A program made the position numbers and the translations under genes. From Acutalibacteraceae bacterium (lineage in GTDB: Bacteria > Bacillota > Clostridia > Oscillospirales > Acutalibacteraceae), in assembly GCA_045539375.1 (NCBI GenBank), contig JAZQFG010000050.1:68589-132588 (forward strand): DNA of 64,000 bases. Reading direction: 5' to 3'. Below are positions 61,787-64,000 of this stretch, piece after piece. Position 1 is the first letter of the stretch. Every line of letters begins with the position of its first letter. Below the pieces are notes generated by a model. That model was not told the origin of the DNA and ran no database searches. It was given only the letters and a program-made list of their open reading frames with translations.

Positions 61787-64000
61787 ATGAAGAATGTAAT
61801 GCGCCGCATCGGTGCGATCCTGCTCACGATCGCTATGTTCGCAACGATGCTTCCCGCCGTTTCTGCGGCGAATGTTTTGACGACTTCCGTGACCGGTCTG
61901 ACCGCGTCCTGGGAGTACTCCAACCAGGGCGGCGGCTCCGCCACCTGGACCTCCGGCGGCACCTCCATCTCTGCTGAGACCAAAGGTACGGCTGCCAAGA
62001 CCAATATCTCCGACCTGACCCTGACCAACAATTCCGGTGCAGAGGCTGTGCTGAGTTTTAATTGGTCTCTGACCACCGGCGGCACCACCGCCGCCAACCG
62101 CGCGTCGCTGACCGGCGCCATCGCTGTCAGCAACAAGGCCAGCGCCTCCGGTGAGTTCTCCCAGACTTTAGCCGACGGCGAGAGCATCATCATTCAGCTG
62201 AAATCCCCTCGTGGTGCTGCTTACAAGGGAACCTTCGTCATCACGGATCTGGCTCTGGTCGGCCTGAATCAGGCTGACCCCATCCTGACCTTCAAGCCCG
62301 CTATCGAGGGTGGTTCCTACACCCTGGACGGTGCCGCTGTCACCGCTGACGTGACGAAGGAGGTTGCTATCCGTACCGAGCTGATGCTGTCTGCCACTGC
62401 CGAGGAGGGGTATATCTTCTACGGCTGGTACGATTCCATTAGCCAGAAGTATCTGTCTCAGGACACCACGTTTAAGCTGGTGGCTTCTGCGGATGCCAAC
62501 GTGACCGCCGTATTCGTATCTGACAGCGTGGCTCTGTTCGGTGTCGGTACGGCTAAGTACGACAACCTGACCGATGCCGCCAACGCCGCAGATAAGAGCA
62601 CCACCCATAAGACGGTGATCCTGCTCAACGACGGCACCATCACCGGCGACCATGTGATCCCTGCCGGTGTCACCCTGCTGATCCCCTATGACGATGCCAA
62701 TACGGCCCACGGCAACGTGCCCGCTTGCACCAGCTCCGACGGCAACTCTGTTAAGTGGGTAACCCCCTATGCTTACCGTACACTGACTCTGGCCGCCGAT
62801 GCGACCATCACTGTCAACGGCGCTCTGGAGGTGGGCGGCCGTCATGCTGCCGCCGGTGGTTCTGCCGGTATGTATGCTGCCCCCACCGATGCTCTGGGTT
62901 ACATCTATATGACTGCCGGCTCTCACATCGAGGTCAACGGCGACCTGTACGCTTGGGGTTACGTCTACGGCGAGGGTACTGTCACTGCCAATGAGGGCGC
63001 CGGTATTTATGAGGTGTTCCAGGTTACCGACTTCCGTGGCGGTAACGCCACCTTGGCTCTGGCCGGCGATTATCTGGTATTCCCCATGACCCAGTATTAC
63101 GTGCAGAACGTGGAGGTTGCTACTACCTATCACTACGGCGCCACTGCCTATGTGACCACCACTATGTTCGTGTCTTCTCAGTGTGTCACCGCTCCCCCCA
63201 TCAAGTTCATCGGTGCGGGCGCTATGTTCCAGCCCGGCGAGGGAAGCTATATTATTAAGGAGTATGACCCTGTGACCGACACCCTGAATCTGGATGCCTA
63301 CGGTGATTGTGCTCTGTCCACGATGACCGTTTCCTTGGCCGGTAACACGGTGGATACTACCAATTTTGTCCTGCCCATCACCAACAATATCAACATTTAC
63401 ATTCATGAAGGCACCGCTACCTTGAAGCAGGATATCGCGATGCTGCCCGGCTCCACCCTGACGGTTGGCTCTGAGGCTGTACTGGAGATCGGCACTGCCG
63501 AAACCCCCACCGCTGCTATGACTGCCGGTTACAACCTCATTGTGTACGACAGCGAAAACTGGACCAGCGGTCTAAACTACTTCACTTTCGAGAACGAAGA
63601 GGATCTGACCTTTGTCCATCCCAGCAACCTGTTGGTTCCCGTTAAGTATTCTCCCAGTGAACATAAGGTGCGCACCGATGCCGATATCAAAGACGTGGTT
63701 TTTGATATCAACGGTCTCGTTGTCGCCGACGGCTATCTGTACAGCACCGTTACTTGGGCGGATGCTCTGAACGAGGACTTCTCCATTGTCAGTGGCGGCG
63801 CTTCCGTCATCTCCTCTGAGGGCACCGGTGTTGTGTGCCTGAATAGTGGTGCCGGCGCGGATCTGCTGACCTATCAGTACGACCAGATCAAGGATACCGC
63901 GTATAAATCTTCTCCCGATTACGATGCCGAGAATGGCGGTACTCTGTATTACATGATCCCCCTGGCTGCCATCCAGTTGCAGAACGGCGACGGCTCTCTG
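61787..64000 (+). CDS. Large secreted protein, partial (738 codons, runs off the window), with a Listeria-Bacteroides-type repeat
   Basis: Absent from the track because it is open at the window edge. I translated it by hand: MKNVMRRIGAILLTIAMFATMLPAVSA|ANVLTTSVTGL..., with no stop through 64000 and a length that is an exact multiple of 3. EGYIFYGWYD motif. AAAGGAA RBS. Confidence 0.75.
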   Translation, partial: MKNVMRRIGAILLTIAMFATMLPAVSAANVLTTSVTGLTASWEYSNQGGGSATWTSGGTSISAETKGTAAKTNISDLTLTNNSGAEAVLSFNWSLTTGGTTAANRASLTGAIAVSNKASASGEFSQTLADGESIIIQLKSPRGAAYKGTFVITDLALVGLNQADPILTFKPAIEGGSYTLDGAAVTADVTKEVAIRTELMLSATAEEGYIFYGWYDSISQKYLSQDTTFKLVASADANVTAVFVSDSVALFGVGTAKYDNLTDAANAADKSTTHKTVILLNDGTITGDHVIPAGVTLLIPYDDANTAHGNVPACTSSDGNSVKWVTPYAYRTLTLAADATITVNGALEVGGRHAAAGGSAGMYAAPTDALGYIYMTAGSHIEVNGDLYAWGYVYGEGTVTANEGAGIYEVFQVTDFRGGNATLALAGDYLVFPMTQYYVQNVEVATTYHYGATAYVTTTMFVSSQCVTAPPIKFIGAGAMFQPGEGSYIIKEYDPVTDTLNLDAYGDCALSTMTVSLAGNTVDTTNFVLPITNNINIYIHEGTATLKQDIAMLPGSTLTVGSEAVLEIGTAETPTAAMTAGYNLIVYDSENWTSGLNYFTFENEEDLTFVHPSNLLVPVKYSPSEHKVRTDADIKDVVFDINGLVVADGYLYSTVTWADALNEDFSIVSGGASVISSEGTGVVCLNSGAGADLLTYQYDQIKDTAYKSSPDYDAENGGTLYYMIPLAAIQLQNGDGSL

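Noticed and set aside
56923-62193. 1756-aa minus-strand ORF, the longest in the track
   Set aside because: It is the antisense shadow of the 1581-aa plus-strand gene and the start of the next one. The translation is low-complexity and G/V/I/H/R-rich, with no signal, no RBS and no recognisable motif. The plus-strand frame has a signal peptide, an RBS and family motifs.

Overview
This is a 64-kb chromosomal segment from a high-GC (roughly 60% by eye) Firmicute of the Clostridia. The taxon call is inference only, based on spoVAC, whiA, the hprK-murB-rapZ-whiA cluster, a T-box leader and a Cheo-type SOS box. No rRNA, tRNA, CRISPR array, transposase or integrase was recognised.

Positions 1-40 kb are ordinary, densely packed housekeeping DNA:
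- an M16 peptidase pair, mtnN, and a WYL regulator with a DUF45 peptidase
- a lipoprotein with an OmpR/HK two-component system
- DUF1385-prmC, recA-recX-rimO-pgsA, and a Cys T-box with cysE-cysS
- malic enzyme, mntP, a ykpA-like ABC-F ATPase, and dnaE
- whiA-rapZ-murB-hprK, a CDF transporter, a Nudix-HAD fusion, and sfsA
- GH38 mannosidase with a GH94-like phosphorylase

Positions 40-47 kb are accessory and carry the most unusual structure in the window. The 3' end of spoVAC (about 120 bp plus a terminator hairpin) is present four times in direct orientation. One opposite-strand cargo gene sits between each pair of copies, and there is no recombinase. This looks like a cassette array built by serial insertion at a protein-gene 3' end. 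A second small AT-rich islet (XRE plus SGNH hydrolase) is bracketed by two identical 32-bp terminator hairpins.

Positions 48-64 kb hold a Wzy-type polysaccharide locus: Wzz, BY-kinase, LCP, priming transferase, Wzy, glycosyltransferases and LicD. It is followed by a 1581-aa secreted phosphodiester-glycosidase/repeat protein and a second large secreted protein that runs off the window.

Many long ORFs in the track are antisense shadows of real genes, which is typical of high-GC DNA, and were rejected.
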